In this document: piece by piece, positions 60,801 to 64,000 of the stretch | How positions within the stretch are numbered: position 1 is the stretch's first letter | Layout: each line of letters opens with the position of its first letter | Assembly (NCBI RefSeq): GCF_963921235.1 | Contig: NC_086098.1 | Location: forward strand, 930,001 to 994,000 | Origin: Mobula hypostoma | Lineage: Eukaryota | DNA: 64,000 nucleotides | Direction: 5' to 3' | Notes under the pieces: model-generated | Database searches by the model: none | The model's input: the letters and a program-made list of their open reading frames with translations, nothing else | What the model was told of the DNA's origin: nothing | Program-made: the position numbers and the translations under genes

Positions 60801-63800
60801 AAGGAGCTTAACAAGGAAATTAGGAGAGCCAGAAGAGGCCATGAGAAGGCTTTGGCAGGCAGGATTAAGGAAAACCCCAAGGCATTCTACAAGTATGTGA
60901 AGAGCAAGAGGATAAGACGTGAAAGAATAGGACCTATCACATCTGAGAGTGGGAAAGTATGTACAGAACCGGAGGAAAATGCAGAGGTACTTAATGAATA
61001 CTTTACTTCAGTATTCACAATGGAAAAGGAACTTGGTGATTGTAGTGATGACTTGCAGCAGACTGAAAAGCTTGAGCATGTAGATATTAAGAAAGAGGAT
61101 GTGCTGGAGCTTTTAGAAAGCACTAAGTTGGATAAGTCACTGGACTGAATGAGATGTACCCCAGGCTACTGTGGGAGGAGAAGGAAGAGATTGCTGAGCC
61201 TTTGGTAATGATCTTCGCATCAACAATGGGGATGGGAGAGGTTCCGGAGGATTGGAAGGTTGTGGATGTTGTTCCTTTATTCAAGAAAGGGAGTAGAGAT
61301 AGCCCAGGAAATTATAGACCAGTGAGTCTTACCTCAGTGGTTGGTAAGTTAATGGAGAAGATCCTGAGAGGCAGGATTTATGAATATTTGGAGAGGTATA
61401 ATATGATTAGGAATAGTCAGCATGGCTTTGTCAAGGACAGGTCGTGCCTTACAGGCCTGATTGAATTTTTTGAGGACGTGACTAAACACATTGACGAAGG
61501 AAGAGCAGTAAATGTAGTGTATATGGATTTCAGCAAGGCATTTGATAAGGTACCCCATGCAAGGCTTATTGAGAAAGTAAGGAGGAATGGGATCCAAGGG
61601 GACATTGCTTTGTGGATCCAGAACTGGCTTGCCCACAGAAGGCAAAGAATGGTTGTAGATGTAATGGATCTGTTCAGGGACCCTTACTGTTTGTGATTTT
61701 TATAAATGACCTGGATGAGGAAGTGGAGGGATGGGTTAGTAAGTTTGCTGATGATACAAAGGTTGGGGGTGTTGTCGATAGTGTGGAGGGCTGTCAGAGG
61801 TTACAGCGGGACATTAATAGGATGCAAAACTGGGCTGAGAAGTGGCAGATGGAGTTCAACCCAGATAAGTGTGAGATGGGTCATTTTGGTAGGACAAATA
61901 TGATGGCAGAACACTCAAAGCAGCAGTGCAGGTTGACTCTGTGGTTAAGAAGGCATACGATGTATTGGCCTTCATCAATCATGGAACTGAATTTAGGATC
62001 AGAGTGGTAATGTTGCAGCTATATAGGACCCTGGTCAGACCCCACTTGGAGTACTGTGCTCAGTTCTGGTCGCCTCACTACAGAAAGGATGTGGAAGCCT
62101 TAGAAAGGGTGCAGAGAAGATTTACAAGGATGTTGCCTGGATTGGGGAGCATGCCTTATGAAAACAGGTTGAGTGAACTTGGCCTTTTCTCCTTGGAGCG
62201 ACGGAGGATGAGAGGTGACCTGATAGAGGTGTATAAGATGATGAGAGGCATTGATCGTGTGGATGGTCAGAGGCTTTTTCCCAGGGCTGAAATGGTTGCT
62301 ACAAGAAAACACAGGTTTAAGGTGCTGGGGAATAGGTACAGAGGAGATGTCAGGGGTAAGTTTTTTACTCAGAGAGTGGTGACTGCATGGAATGGGCTGC
62401 CGGTGACGGTGGTGGAGGCGGATACGATAGGGTCTTTTAAGAGACTTTTGCATAGGTACCTAGAGCTTAGAAAATTAGAGGGCTATGGGTAAGCCTAGTA
62501 ATATCTAAGGCAGGGACATGTTCGGCACAACTTTGTGGGCTGAAGGACCTGTATTGTGCTGTAGTTTTTCTGTGTTTCAATGTTTCTGTCTCTATTTTTA
62601 CCTCATTTCATAAGCTTTTCTTTTCTTCTTGACCAGATTTTCAACTGCCTTTGTACACCACAGTTCCTGTACCCTAACATCCTATCCCTCTCACTGGAAC
62701 GTACCTATGCAGAGTGCCACTCAAATATCCCCTGAATATTTGCCACATTTCTGCCATACCTTTCCCTGAGAACATCTGTTCCCAATTTCTGCTTCCAAGT
62801 TCCTTCTTGATAGCTTCATATTTCCCCTGACACCAATTAAATGTTTTCCTAACTTGTTTGTTCCAATGCCATGGTAAAGGAGATAGAATTGTGATCACTA
62901 TCTCCCAATGCTCTCCCACTGAGAGACCCAACACCTGACCAGGTTCATTTCCTAATACCAGATCAAGTACAGCCTCTCCTCTCGTGTCAAAAAATCTTCC
63001 TGAACACACCTAACAAACTCCACCCCATCTAAACACCTTGCTCCAGGGAGATGCAATCAATATTTGGGAAATTAAAATCTCCCACCATGACAACCCTGTT
63101 ATTATTACAGCTCTTCAGAATCTGTCTCCCGATCTGCTCTTTGATGTCTCTGTTACTTTTAAAATCCAGCAAATTGCATGGTCTATAAAAAACACCCAGT
63201 AGAGTTATTGACCCCTTCCTGTTTCAAACTTCCACCCACAGAGACTCAGTAGACAATCCCCCCATGACTTCCTCCTTTTCTGCAGCCATGACACTATCTC
63301 TGATTTGCAGCGCCACACCCCCACCTCTTTTGCCTCCCTCCCTGTCCTTTCTGAAACATCTAAAGCCTGGCACTCTATGTAACCATTCCTGCCCCTGAGC
63401 CATCCAAGTCTCTATAAATGGCCACAGCATCATATCTCCCTCCGAGTACTGATCCACGGTCTGAACTGATCCATTTTGTTCATGAGGCTTCTTGCATTAA
63501 AATAGACACATCCCAAACCATCAGTCTGAGCATATCCCTTCTCTATCACCTACCTATGGAGGGATATGGTCCATGTGCAGGTCAGTGGGACTAGGCAGAA
63601 AATGGTTCGGCATAGCCAAGAAGGGCCAAAAGGCCTGTTTCTGTGCTGTAGTTTCTATGGTTTCTATCCTCCCTCTCACACTGTCTCTAAGCTTTCTCTA
63701 TTTGTGAGCCAACCACCCCTTCCTCCATCTCTTCAGTTTGGTCCCTCCGCCCCAGCAATTCTAGTTTGAACTTTCCCCAATAGCCTTAGCAAACTTCCCT

Positions 63801-63822
63801 GCCAGGATATTGGTCCCCTCGT
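57860..63822 (-). mobile_element. Minus-strand CR1 (58016-59255 + 62589-63822) ending in a different-subfamily tail piece (57860-58015)
   Basis: ORFs 58324..58605, 58734..59180, 62674..63009 and 63224..63457 are collinear. A short plus-strand CR1 tail is nested at 63555-63667 (ctat duplication). Confidence 0.8.
59254..62588 (+). mobile_element. CR1 LINE from ORF1 esterase to the 3' tail, degenerate
   Basis: IGDSIVRG and VVVHIGTNDI (SGNH-type ORF1), endonuclease 59910-60686, RT 61154-62492, tail tttctgtgtttcaatgtttct. Confidence 0.92.
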
Positions 63823-64000
63823 TTTCAAGTTTGCCTTCATATTTCATCTTTTTACTTTTATTGCTTTTTAGTTGCCTTTTGCTGGATTTTAAAAGCTTCC
63901 TAAGCACCCAACTACCCGCTCACTTTTGCTACCTTATATGCCCTTTCCTTGGGTTTTTGCAGTCCTTAACTTCCTTTGTCAGCTACAGTTGGCTAGACCC

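Overview
Eukaryotic, vertebrate-type genomic DNA that is almost entirely transposon-derived. I can support no intact host gene, rRNA, tRNA or CRISPR array. The mix of CR1 LINEs with microsatellite tails, V-SINE cores, Penelope GIY-YIG remnants, RTE, Rex1/Babar and L1/Tx1 suggests a cartilaginous fish (ray or shark); this is inference. The window is a deeply nested retrotransposon cluster. (1) 1262-19075 is one minus-strand CR1 broken into five pieces by younger CR1s, an RTE (itself holding a Rex1/Babar-like deletion derivative and two CR1 pieces) and a Penelope/CR1 chimeric insert. (2) 19197-26828 is a minus-strand Gypsy remnant split by a CR1-in-CR1 insertion. (3) 27102-38938 is a full-length but dead L1/Tx1-like LINE with a 9-bp TSD, interrupted by three CR1s and a Tigger/pogo deletion derivative that carries a long internal palindrome. 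(4) 39-64 kb holds further CR1 layers, SINEs, a minisatellite, a solo LTR, an RTE-related short element and two Penelope 3' ends with hammerhead-ribozyme motifs. Nearly all ORFs in the track are broken retrotransposon ORFs or their antisense shadows. The longest (965 aa) is an in-frame accident of nesting. I found no convincing new gene system. The best leads concern mechanism: a Penelope-CR1 chimera that breaks at the ribozyme core, ribozyme motifs, tail-to-target microhomology and tandemly reiterated CR1 3' ends. Boundaries were read by eye and may be off by a few bases.
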